This document shows, piece after piece, positions 18,763 to 26,907 of a stretch of 59,501 nt of DNA. A program made the translations under genes and the position numbers. The DNA is taken from NCBI GenBank assembly GCA_009930175.1, contig RZYW01000002.1:1-59501 (forward strand), read 5' to 3'. The stretch's first letter is position 1; the number at the start of each line of letters is the position of its first letter. Below the pieces are notes generated by a model that worked only from the letters and a program-made list of their open reading frames with translations, was not told the DNA's origin and made no database searches. Source of the DNA: Clostridia bacterium (GTDB lineage Bacteria; Bacillota; Peptococcia; Peptococcales; SKKY01).

Positions 18763-20109
18763 ATGGGTAAATTATTTGGAACAGATGGTGTAAGAGGTGA
18801 GGCGAACTCATTTTTGACTTCTGATCTTGCATTTAAATTAGGAAAAGCTGCGGCTTATGTTTTAAAAGGAACAGAACACAAAAATAAAGGCATTTTAATT
18901 GGAAAAGATACAAGAATTTCAGGAGATATGCTTGAAGCTTCCTTAGCTGCAGGTATTTGTTCCATGGGAGTGGACGTATATATATTAGGAGTATGTCCAA
19001 CTCCGGCAGTAGCATATTTAACAAAAAATCTTGATTATATCTCAGGAGTAATGATTTCTGCTTCCCATAATCCTGCAATTGATAATGGAATTAAATTTTT
19101 CGACAGCAATGGATATAAACTTCCAGATCAAACCGAAGAAGTTATAGAAAATTTTGTTTTTGAAGGAAACATTGGAGAAATACCAGGAGTCAAAGGAGAT
19201 AAAACGGGACGAATTTATGATGGGAAAGAGCTTCTAAGTAAGTATAAAAACTTTCTTTTAGAAGAGTTTCCATTAAATACAAAGGATTTAAAAATAATAG
19301 TAGATTGTGCAAACGGTTCTGCTTCTGAAATGATGCCTGAAATTCTAAAAATTAATGGATGTAAATTTAAAGCAATAAATAGTACTCCTAATGGAGTAAA
19401 TATAAATCTTAATTGTGGTTCAACTCATCTTGAAAGTTTGAAAGAAGAGGTTATTAAAGAAAAAGCTGATGTTGGCATAGCTCACGATGGTGATTCTGAC
19501 AGAGTTCTTTTTGTCGATCACAATGGAATGGAAATTGATGGAGATATGATTATGGCCATTGTTTCCAGAGATTTAAAAAAGAAAGGGTTGCTAAAAAACA
19601 ATCTTGTTGTTGGAACGGTAATGAGTAACCTTGGGTTGAAAAAGTTTCTTAATCAAGAGGAAATAAATTTTATAGAAGCAAAAGTGGGAGACCGGTATGT
19701 TCTTGAAGAAATGAAAAAAATGGATGGATCTTTCGGAGGAGAGCAATCTGGACATTTAATTTTTCTTGACCATAATACAACGGGGGATGGAATACTCACA
19801 GCACTAATATTTCTTCGCCTTATTGCTGAAACAGGAAAAAGCACAGAAGAATTATTTAAAGATTATATCAAGTATCCTCAGGTACTGGAAAACGCAAAAG
19901 TATTAAAAAAGGATGGCTGGGAGCAGAACCCTGTAGTTAAAGAGAGTATACTGAATTACCAGCAAAAACTGGGTAATGATGGACGTATACTTGTACGAGC
20001 ATCAGGAACAGAAAATCTTATAAGGGTTATGGTTGAGGGAAGTGACCAGAGTGAAATTAATAAAATAGCTTTGGATCTTAAAAATATTATTCTTGGAGAG
20101 TTAAGTTGA
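18763..20109 (+). CDS. glmM: Phosphoglucosamine mutase
   Basis: 448 aa with LFGTDGVRG, the active-site motif SASHNPAIDNGIKFF, AHDGDSDR and GGEQSGH. Confidence 0.95.
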   Translation: MGKLFGTDGVRGEANSFLTSDLAFKLGKAAAYVLKGTEHKNKGILIGKDTRISGDMLEASLAAGICSMGVDVYILGVCPTPAVAYLTKNLDYISGVMISASHNPAIDNGIKFFDSNGYKLPDQTEEVIENFVFEGNIGEIPGVKGDKTGRIYDGKELLSKYKNFLLEEFPLNTKDLKIIVDCANGSASEMMPEILKINGCKFKAINSTPNGVNINLNCGSTHLESLKEEVIKEKADVGIAHDGDSDRVLFVDHNGMEIDGDMIMAIVSRDLKKKGLLKNNLVVGTVMSNLGLKKFLNQEEINFIEAKVGDRYVLEEMKKMDGSFGGEQSGHLIFLDHNTTGDGILTALIFLRLIAETGKSTEELFKDYIKYPQVLENAKVLKKDGWEQNPVVKESILNYQQKLGNDGRILVRASGTENLIRVMVEGSDQSEINKIALDLKNIILGELS

Positions 20110-20480
20110 AAATTTTAGGAATTGGTACTGATGTAATAGAAATAGAAAGAATTATGAAAGCCGGGGAGAAAAATCCCCGGTTTCTTGAACGTATACTGAC
20201 GGAAAAAGAAAATGAATATTGTTTTACTACTGGCAGCAGGTATCAGTCAGCAGCGGCGCGATTTGCAGGGAAAGAGGCTGTAGCAAAAGCTCTGGGCTGT
20301 GGTTTTACAAAATTTTCCTTTTTGGATATTGAAATTCTAAATGATGGTTCAGGTAAGCCGGAAATAGTATTAAAAAATATGGCTTTAAAAATATTTGAAG
20401 AATCAGGAGCAAAAGAAATTCACTTGAGTTTGAGCCACAGTAAAGAAACAGCAACAGCCTTCGTAATAATTCAGGGGTGA
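20106..20480 (+). CDS. acpS: Holo-[acyl-carrier-protein] synthase
   Basis: 124 aa with ILGIGTDVIEIERI and FAGKEAVAKALG. Confidence 0.9.
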   Translation: MKILGIGTDVIEIERIMKAGEKNPRFLERILTEKENEYCFTTGSRYQSAAARFAGKEAVAKALGCGFTKFSFLDIEILNDGSGKPEIVLKNMALKIFEESGAKEIHLSLSHSKETATAFVIIQG

Positions 20481-20485
20481 GGTAA

Positions 20486-21367
20486 TTGATTCAGATAGTA
20501 GATGGAAAATTGGTTAAAAACATTATTCCAAAACGTTTCCAAGACAGCCATAAGGGCAGTTATGGTACTGTAGCTGTGATATGTGGCTCCAAGGATATGC
20601 CGGGAGCTTCCAGGCTTGTTTCCCGTGGTGCTTATGCTGCTGGAGCTGGATTAGTTAAATCATTTGCTGGCGAGAGTTTTGCTTCATATTTAAAAACAGA
20701 TATTCCAGAGGTAATTGTTAAGGAAGTATATGAAAGCCTCTTTAATACATTTTCTGAAGATCTTTATATGGAAACAGAAAATGAAATTGGAGTAAAAGAC
20801 ATAATTGTTTTTGGCTGCGGTGTCGGTCAAAATGTGGACTTGGAAAGTGCAGCAGAGGATCTTGTAATTAACAATTGTAATACTTTAATTATTGATGGAG
20901 ATGGAATTAATCTATTAAAAAACAATCCGGAAATATTGTTAGAGAACAAAGGGATTATTATTTTAACTCCCCATCCAAAGGAATTTTCAAGAATTACAGG
21001 ACATTCTGTTGAATATATACTCAGGAATAAAGAAGATTGTGTAAGAGATTTTGCAATGAAATATAATGTTTATCTTTTACTTAAAGGAAAAGGTACAATA
21101 ATTTCTGACCCTGAAGGAAATCTGTGGCTTAACAATTCTGGGAATTCCTCATTGAGCAAAGGTGGAACAGGAGATGTTTTATCTGGCTTTATTGCTGGAT
21201 TTGCTGCTCAGGGTGCAAGCCCTCTTGAGAGTATGATTGTTGCCTCATATCTACATGGAAAAGCAGGGGAAATGGCTTCAGAAGAACTATCTGAATATTG
21301 TGTAATGGCATCTGATTTAATTAAATTTCTGCCAAATGCAATAAAAGTTTTGCAAGGAGATGAGTAA
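20486..21367 (+). CDS. nnrD: ADP-dependent NAD(P)H-hydrate dehydratase (YjeF C-terminal/carbohydrate kinase domain only)
   Basis: 293 aa with HKGSYGTVAVICGS, ILTPHPKEF and GGTGDVLSG. There is no N-terminal epimerase domain. Confidence 0.85.
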   Translation: MIQIVDGKLVKNIIPKRFQDSHKGSYGTVAVICGSKDMPGASRLVSRGAYAAGAGLVKSFAGESFASYLKTDIPEVIVKEVYESLFNTFSEDLYMETENEIGVKDIIVFGCGVGQNVDLESAAEDLVINNCNTLIIDGDGINLLKNNPEILLENKGIIILTPHPKEFSRITGHSVEYILRNKEDCVRDFAMKYNVYLLLKGKGTIISDPEGNLWLNNSGNSSLSKGGTGDVLSGFIAGFAAQGASPLESMIVASYLHGKAGEMASEELSEYCVMASDLIKFLPNAIKVLQGDE

Positions 21368-22490
21368 TTTGTTTCAAAGACCAGTTTGGGCTGAAATTGA
21401 TTTATCTGCAATAAAAAATAATGTAAGAGAAATCAAAAAGGTAATTGGTGATAAGAAAATAATCGGTGTAATTAAAGCGAATGCTTATGGTCATGGAGCA
21501 GTAGAAACTGGAAAAGCTCTAAAAGAAGAAGGAGTTAACTTTTTTGCTGTTGCAATATTGGAAGAAGCTTTAGAACTTAGAAGAGCAGGTTTTGAGGATG
21601 AAATATTAATATTAGGGTGGACTCCATCAGAAGATTATCAAAAGTGCTTGGAGAATAATTTAATTTTGTGTCTTTACGATTATGAGGAAGGTACCAGGTT
21701 AAACGAAAAAGCAAGGGAATTGAACACAACAGCAAGAGTTCACATTAAAATTGATACTGGTATGAGTAGAATAGGTTTTTTGCCAAATGAAAAAAGTTTT
21801 CAGGAAATATTAAAGATTATGGATTTGGGAAATATCTCAGTGGAAGGGATTTTCTCTCACCTTTCAAAGGCAGATGAAAAAAACAAATCTTATGCAGAAC
21901 ATCAAATAAAGGTATTCTCTGATTTTACAGGAAAGATTGAAAATCAAAGTGGAAAAAAAATCACTTGGAAACATATTTCAAATAGTGCAGCTATCTTGGA
22001 TTTACCTAAGGCCCATTTTAATATGGTAAGAGCAGGAATTATTCTTTATGGTTTAAAACCCTCTGATGAAGTATGTTTTGAAGATAAAAACTTTATACCG
22101 GCAATGACTTTGAAAGCAAGGCTATCCCGGGTAGAAAAAATTCCAAAAAATTCTTTGGTAAGTTATGGGGGGCTTTATGAAGCTCCTGAAGATACACAAA
22201 TTGGCACTATTCCAATTGGATATGCTGATGGATATACCAGACTTTTAACAGGTAAAGGGCAGGTTCTTGTTAAAGGAGAAAAAAGAAATATTTTGGGTAA
22301 AATTTGTATGGACCAATGCATGGTGGATTTGCATGGTATTGAGAACATCCATAAAGGAGACGAGGTAATTCTTATGGGTGGAGGTAATATAGGTGAAAGT
22401 GCAGATGATATTGCAAAGAAACTGGGAACAATAAATTATGAGGTAGTTTGCATGATTTCAGAAAGAGTACCGAGAAAATATTTAGATTAA
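21360..22490 (+). CDS. alr: Alanine racemase
   Basis: 376 aa with RPVWAEIDLSAI, the PLP-lysine motif VIKANAYGHG and VSYGG. The start may instead be TTG 21369, which has better spacing to AAGGAG. Confidence 0.93.
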   Translation: MSNLFQRPVWAEIDLSAIKNNVREIKKVIGDKKIIGVIKANAYGHGAVETGKALKEEGVNFFAVAILEEALELRRAGFEDEILILGWTPSEDYQKCLENNLILCLYDYEEGTRLNEKARELNTTARVHIKIDTGMSRIGFLPNEKSFQEILKIMDLGNISVEGIFSHLSKADEKNKSYAEHQIKVFSDFTGKIENQSGKKITWKHISNSAAILDLPKAHFNMVRAGIILYGLKPSDEVCFEDKNFIPAMTLKARLSRVEKIPKNSLVSYGGLYEAPEDTQIGTIPIGYADGYTRLLTGKGQVLVKGEKRNILGKICMDQCMVDLHGIENIHKGDEVILMGGGNIGESADDIAKKLGTINYEVVCMISERVPRKYLD

Positions 22491-22500
22491 GGATTTGTCC

Positions 22501-22529
22501 TTGCACATTATGATGTTTATTTATATAAT
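22501..22529 (+). promoter_or_regulatory. Sigma-A type promoter for mazEF (TTGCAC-17-TATAAT)
   Basis: -35 TTGCAC at 22501-22506, an exact 17-nt spacer, and -10 TATAAT at 22524-22529. It is followed by the inverted repeat TCATTG(22531-22536)/CAATGA(22544-22549). Confidence 0.6.
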
Positions 22530-22570
22530 GTCATTGATAAAGACAATGATCATAAGCCGGAGGTGCACTA

Positions 22571-22840
22571 ATGGATAGAGGTAAAAGTAGTATGACATTT
22601 TATTATGGAAATGCTGTAAAAAGTCCAGAGGTGAGAAGACAAGTAGTAACAAGTTTTCAAGAAGAAATTGTCGGCTCAGCCATGAGAAGTTACATTAACG
22701 AGAAGGAAAGGTACCAAATTAAGAATGTAATGATCTCAGGTTATCAAGAGATGGCCAGTATCAATCTATCAATTGCCTGTGAGGGCTTGTGTTTAGAAGA
22801 TGAGGTTCAGGAACTCTTAGACAAAGTGTTTGGAGAGTAA
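22571..22840 (+). CDS. mazE: MazE/EndoAI-type antitoxin
   Basis: 89 aa. The C-terminal two thirds align with B. subtilis EndoAI (AMRSYINE..., [12 protein letters not shown]). It sits directly upstream of mazF after alr, as in Bacillus. Confidence 0.8.
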   Translation: MDRGKSSMTFYYGNAVKSPEVRRQVVTSFQEEIVGSAMRSYINEKERYQIKNVMISGYQEMASINLSIACEGLCLEDEVQELLDKVFGE

Positions 22841-22844
22841 AATA

Positions 22845-23195
22845 ATGAACGTAAAGCGTGGAGAAATATACATGGCCGACCTCAGTCCCGTGGTCGGCTC
22901 TGAACAAGGGGGTACCCGCCCTGTATTGGTAATACAAAACGATATAGGCAATCAATACAGCCCCACAACAATAATAGCTGCAATAACAAGCAAAATCTCA
23001 AAAGCAAAATTACCCACACATGTTGAGATTTCTGCAAAGCAAAATGGGTTGATAAAAGACTCAGTTATATTATTAGAACAACTGCGAACAATTGATAAAG
23101 GCAGGCTTAAAGAAAAAATAAGTCAAGTACATAAAGAGCAGATGGAAAAAGTTGATAAAGCTATCGAAATAAGCCTGGGGCTCATAGAGTTATAA
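22845..23195 (+). CDS. mazF: MazF/EndoA (PemK family) mRNA interferase toxin
   Basis: [34 protein letters not shown]...[16 protein letters not shown] is near-identical in pattern to EndoA. ATG 22845 follows a GGAGAG RBS. Confidence 0.92.
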   Translation: MNVKRGEIYMADLSPVVGSEQGGTRPVLVIQNDIGNQYSPTTIIAAITSKISKAKLPTHVEISAKQNGLIKDSVILLEQLRTIDKGRLKEKISQVHKEQMEKVDKAIEISLGLIEL

Positions 23196-23224
23196 AGAAT
23201 ACATATTTTATACATATTAATAAG

Positions 23225-23250
23225 AGCAGCCTTAAAAGAGGCTGCTTTTT
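23225..23250 (+). terminator. Rho-independent terminator after mazF
   Basis: AGCAGCCT (23225-23232) pairs with AGGCTGCT (23239-23246), followed by TTTTT. Confidence 0.75.
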
Positions 23251-23305
23251 CATTAAGAAAAGCACTGTTTTATAAAAATTTACATTTTCAGGGAGGAATG
23301 AAAAA

Positions 23306-24331
23306 ATGAGAAAGTATATAATAATAATTACATTAATTTTGATATTAATTTCAGGCTGCGGAAAAGATGAGATTCCAAAGTTAGATAATAATGGGGTTAC
23401 AAATAATGATCAGGCTGAAAAAAACGAGATTAATAATCCCGATCCTGAAAAGATTAAAGAAATTGGTGCTAACGAGTTAGGCCGGATTATGATAATTGAA
23501 TATCATGTAATTGGCGAAGAGGATGCACGCTGGGCAAGAAGTTATACCAGTTTTAGACAGGACTTAGAGAAATTATATAACTCAGGCTATGTAGCAGTTA
23601 GTCTTAAAGATATGATTCAAGGGAATATTGATATTCCTGCAGGAAAAACTCCAGTGGTTATTACTTTTGATGATGGAACACAGGGGCAGTTCAGATATAT
23701 AGAAAATGAACAAGGGGAAATGGTTGTTGACCCAAAATCTGGTGTTGGAGTTCTTGAGAATTTCTATAAAGATTATCCTGATTTCGGTCTTGAGGCAACA
23801 TTTTTTGTGAACTATTACTCACCCTTTGGTCAAGGTGCAGACTTATCAAAAAGGAAAATTACTCATATTATAGAATCCGGAATGGATATTGGTAATCACT
23901 CTGTTAACCATTTAAAAATGAATACTCTTTCTAAGGAAGAAGCAGCAAAAGAGTTGGCATTAATTGTAAAAATGATAAAAGATATTGTTCCTGACTACGA
24001 AGTAGAAACTCTTGCACTCCCTTTTGGAATTGGTACTAAAGAAACCGAGTGGTCTGTCAGAGGTGAGTATGAAGGTACAGCCTTTGAAAATATTGGAGTA
24101 TTATTAGTAGGATCTACTCCTGCTCCATCTCCATATAATAAGAATTTCCCTCCCTATGCCCTTGAAAGAGTTCAAGTTTTTGAAGATAACTTAGATAAAT
24201 GGATAAAATATTTTGAAGAAAATCCAGATCAAAAATATGTAAGTGATGGTCACCTGGAAGTAATATCCTTCCCAGAGTCAAAACTTGATATTTTTAACAC
24301 AGAAATAAGCAAAGAAATAATTACTTACTAA
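23306..24331 (+). CDS. Polysaccharide deacetylase (CE4/NodB-like) lipoprotein
   Basis: Lipoprotein signal peptide with the lipobox LISGC. Contains VITFDDG and GNHSVNH motifs typical of NodB-homology deacetylases. Confidence 0.75.
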   Translation: MRKYIIIITLILILISGCGKDEIPKLDNNGVTNNDQAEKNEINNPDPEKIKEIGANELGRIMIIEYHVIGEEDARWARSYTSFRQDLEKLYNSGYVAVSLKDMIQGNIDIPAGKTPVVITFDDGTQGQFRYIENEQGEMVVDPKSGVGVLENFYKDYPDFGLEATFFVNYYSPFGQGADLSKRKITHIIESGMDIGNHSVNHLKMNTLSKEEAAKELALIVKMIKDIVPDYEVETLALPFGIGTKETEWSVRGEYEGTAFENIGVLLVGSTPAPSPYNKNFPPYALERVQVFEDNLDKWIKYFEENPDQKYVSDGHLEVISFPESKLDIFNTEISKEIITY

Positions 24332-24354
24332 TCCAATACAAAGGAAGAGAGACA

Positions 24355-25104
24355 TTGAAAAAAATAGTAGCAACTTTAATCTTTATATTGCCCATGCTCA
24401 TTGCATTTGTTTTTACTAACAGTTTTTTATTTTCTCATATGTATGTTCCAACCTCTTCAATGGTTCCAACTTTAAGTGTTGGGAGTCATTTGGTTGTCTT
24501 TAAAAGCTATTATTTATTTAATGATGCTGAGCGAGGAGACATTGTAGCCTTTCTGCCTCCCGATGACCCAGTACTAAATGCAGATGAAAAAATTAAAAAT
24601 GCCTATCTTACTAAGAGAATTATTGCTTTAAGCGGGGATGTCGTGGAAGTAAATAGTGGAGAACTATTTTTAAATGGAGAAATTCAGGAAGAACCATATA
24701 TAAATGAAAAATCATATCAGGATTTTGGCCCAGTTACAGTTCCAGAAGGACATTTATTCTTTATGGGTGATAACAGAAATTACAGCTATGATTCTACAAG
24801 GTGGCAAGATCCCTTTGTGTCTGAAAATAATTTAAGAGGCAAGGTTCTGTCTCATTTTATGGTTAAAGATTTACTTAAATCACCTAAAGATATGCTTATG
24901 GTTGCCATTGCCTTTGGTGTTTTCTTCCTAATATATTTTATTATTAATTTTTTATTTATGGCCGCCCTGGGGGCTCTGGCTCAAAACAGCATTTTCTTTA
25001 AAGATGTATTAGATAACATTAATGAAATTAGTTACCTTTTTCTCCTTTTAATTCTTGGAGGGATATTTTACTTTAAAGATAGTATAGGAAAAGTTTTATG
25101 GTAA
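24355..25104 (+). CDS. lepB: Signal peptidase I with an additional C-terminal membrane domain
   Basis: Catalytic motifs SSMVPTL, KRIIALSGD and GDNRNYSYDSTRW, plus ~85 extra C-terminal residues with hydrophobic helices (MLMVAIAFGVFFLIYFIINFLFMAALGALA, YLFLLLILGGIFYF). Confidence 0.85.
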   Translation: MKKIVATLIFILPMLIAFVFTNSFLFSHMYVPTSSMVPTLSVGSHLVVFKSYYLFNDAERGDIVAFLPPDDPVLNADEKIKNAYLTKRIIALSGDVVEVNSGELFLNGEIQEEPYINEKSYQDFGPVTVPEGHLFFMGDNRNYSYDSTRWQDPFVSENNLRGKVLSHFMVKDLLKSPKDMLMVAIAFGVFFLIYFIINFLFMAALGALAQNSIFFKDVLDNINEISYLFLLLILGGIFYFKDSIGKVLW

Positions 25105-25229
25105 TAATTCTTTAAGAATCTGTAAAATTTACAAAAACTTCTTATTATAGGAAAAAAATTTTAATCACTATAATTTATAATCAATATATGAAGTATATTA
25201 GATTAGAGCCTTTAGAGAGGGTGTAAACT

Positions 25230-25796
25230 TTGGCAGTTAGAGTACTAAAAGGTCAGGAAATAGATGTTACGAAAAATAATCCTGGTTTAAATAAAATAAA
25301 AATCACCCTTGGGTGGAATATAGATAAGAGTAAAAAAGTAAAGTTTGATTTTGATTCTTCTGTTTTTTTATGTGATATTAATGGAACAGCAGTGAGCAGC
25401 AAACATTTTGTTTTTTATAATAACAGGCAGGATCCTTCAGGTTCAGTTATTCATAATGGAGATAATAAAACTGGAGAAGAAGGGGAAGAAGAAATTATTG
25501 TTAATCTGGAAAAAATTCCTTTGGAAATATATAAACTTGTTTTTGCTGTTAGTATCCACGAAGGGAAAAATAAAAAGCAAAATTTTGGTCAAGTAGAAAG
25601 CTCCTATCTTAAAATTCTGGATGGAGAAAATGAAGAAGAGTTAATACGCTTTGATTTAAAAAATGAATTTTCCAATGAAACGGGAATCATTATTGGTTCT
25701 ATGTACAAGAAAAATGAAGAGTGGAAATTTAAAACTGAGGGATTAGGTTTTCCGGAAGGATTAAGAGACATAGTTATATATCATGGACTAATGTAA
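25230..25796 (+). CDS. terD: TerD-family stress/tellurium-resistance domain protein
   Basis: 188 aa with LGWN...FDFDSSVFL, and GDNKTGEEGEEEII resembling the acidic Ca-binding motif. It has the overall TerD length. TTG start. Confidence 0.85.
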   Translation: MAVRVLKGQEIDVTKNNPGLNKIKITLGWNIDKSKKVKFDFDSSVFLCDINGTAVSSKHFVFYNNRQDPSGSVIHNGDNKTGEEGEEEIIVNLEKIPLEIYKLVFAVSIHEGKNKKQNFGQVESSYLKILDGENEEELIRFDLKNEFSNETGIIIGSMYKKNEEWKFKTEGLGFPEGLRDIVIYHGLM

Positions 25797-25828
25797 GCAT
25801 TGCTAATATAAGCAATGCTTTTTGTTTT
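25796..25828 (+). terminator. Rho-independent terminator after terD
   Basis: AGCATTGCT (25796-25804) pairs with AGCAATGCT (25811-25819), followed by TTTTTGTTTT. Confidence 0.75.
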
Positions 25829-25881
25829 CTAAAATGCTTCTAAGGGTATTTATTTATCTAATGCAGGGAGGGTGGTTAAAA

Positions 25882-26451
25882 ATGAAAATTGGAATTTATG
25901 TTTATGACAATGTTGAAGAGTTAGATTTTATTGGTCCATTTGAGGTTTTTAATTATGTTAATAAGATAAGAAAAGATACAGCAGAGGTAATCTTGCTGAG
26001 CCGGGGAGATAAAGAAATAAAAGCCTTTAACGGATTACGTTTTCATTCAGACAAGCTTATAACAGATATAAATACTGAGGATCTGGATATTTTAATTATC
26101 CCAGGAGGCAAAGGCAGAGTTCAGGAAGCAGAATCAAAGGAGATTATAAATTTTATTAATGATGCCTTACCTAACCTTAAACTTTTAGCTAGTGTTTGTA
26201 CTGGTGCTTTTTTCCTTGGTGAAGCTGGATTGTTAACAGGGATGAAAGCTATCACTCACAAAAATTCTTTGGAAGAATTAAAAAATAAATATGATGTAGA
26301 GATAGTTAATGAAAAGATTGTAAAAAATGATAAAATCTGGCTCTCTGCGGGAGTATCTTCCGGAATAGATCTTTCTCTTGAAATAGTAAAAGAATTTTAT
26401 GGAAAAGAAATGATGGAAAAGATTCAGGAAGGTATAGAATATAAGGGATAA
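25882..26451 (+). CDS. DJ-1/PfpI family protein (class I glutamine amidotransferase-like)
   Basis: MKIGIYVYDNVEELDFIGPFEVF, with the nucleophile elbow SVCTGAFFL. I chose ATG 25882 after GGGAGGGTGG. The track start at 25822 lies in the terminator tail. Confidence 0.8.
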   Translation: MKIGIYVYDNVEELDFIGPFEVFNYVNKIRKDTAEVILLSRGDKEIKAFNGLRFHSDKLITDINTEDLDILIIPGGKGRVQEAESKEIINFINDALPNLKLLASVCTGAFFLGEAGLLTGMKAITHKNSLEELKNKYDVEIVNEKIVKNDKIWLSAGVSSGIDLSLEIVKEFYGKEMMEKIQEGIEYKG

Positions 26452-26464
26452 ATGGAAAAAAATG

Positions 26465-26493
26465 TTGACTTAAATGATAGAATATAATATATT
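26465..26493 (+). promoter_or_regulatory. Candidate promoter of the ylxM-ffh operon (TTGACT-17-TATATT)
   Basis: -35 TTGACT at 26465-26470, a 17-nt spacer, and TATATT at 26488-26493. A 5'-UTR hairpin GTTAAGT/ACTTAAC at 26501-26520 follows. Confidence 0.5.
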
Positions 26494-26533
26494 ATTATCT
26501 GTTAAGTAAAAACACTTAACAAGTGGTGATTAT

Positions 26534-26890
26534 ATGGCAGATATGATAGAAAAAAGAGAGCTCCTAAATGAGTTGTTTGATCTTTATGGGGCAATGTTAA
26601 CGGAAAAACAAAAGAACTATTTTATCCTGTACTATCAGGAGGACTTTTCATTGGCAGAAATTGCTGAAGAAGAGGATATTTCCAGAAACGCAGTATATGA
26701 TAATTTAAAAAGAACAGAAAATATTTTAACTTCAATGGAAGAAAAACTTGGTTTTTTAAAAAGAATTGAAGTTACCAGAGCAGATTTATATAAAATAGCT
26801 TCTGTTTTACAGGAAATACAGGAAACTGAAGATTATGATCAATTAGATACTATTAAAACTTATATAGAAGAAATTGCTGATAATATATAG
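26534..26890 (+). CDS. ylxM: YlxM (UPF0122) HTH protein of the SRP operon
   Basis: 118 aa. [43 protein letters not shown] is the typical YlxM sigma-70 region-4-like fold. It lies upstream of ffh. Confidence 0.88.
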   Translation: MADMIEKRELLNELFDLYGAMLTEKQKNYFILYYQEDFSLAEIAEEEDISRNAVYDNLKRTENILTSMEEKLGFLKRIEVTRADLYKIASVLQEIQETEDYDQLDTIKTYIEEIADNI

Positions 26891-26907
26891 ACAAGTAGGT
26901 GTAAAGA

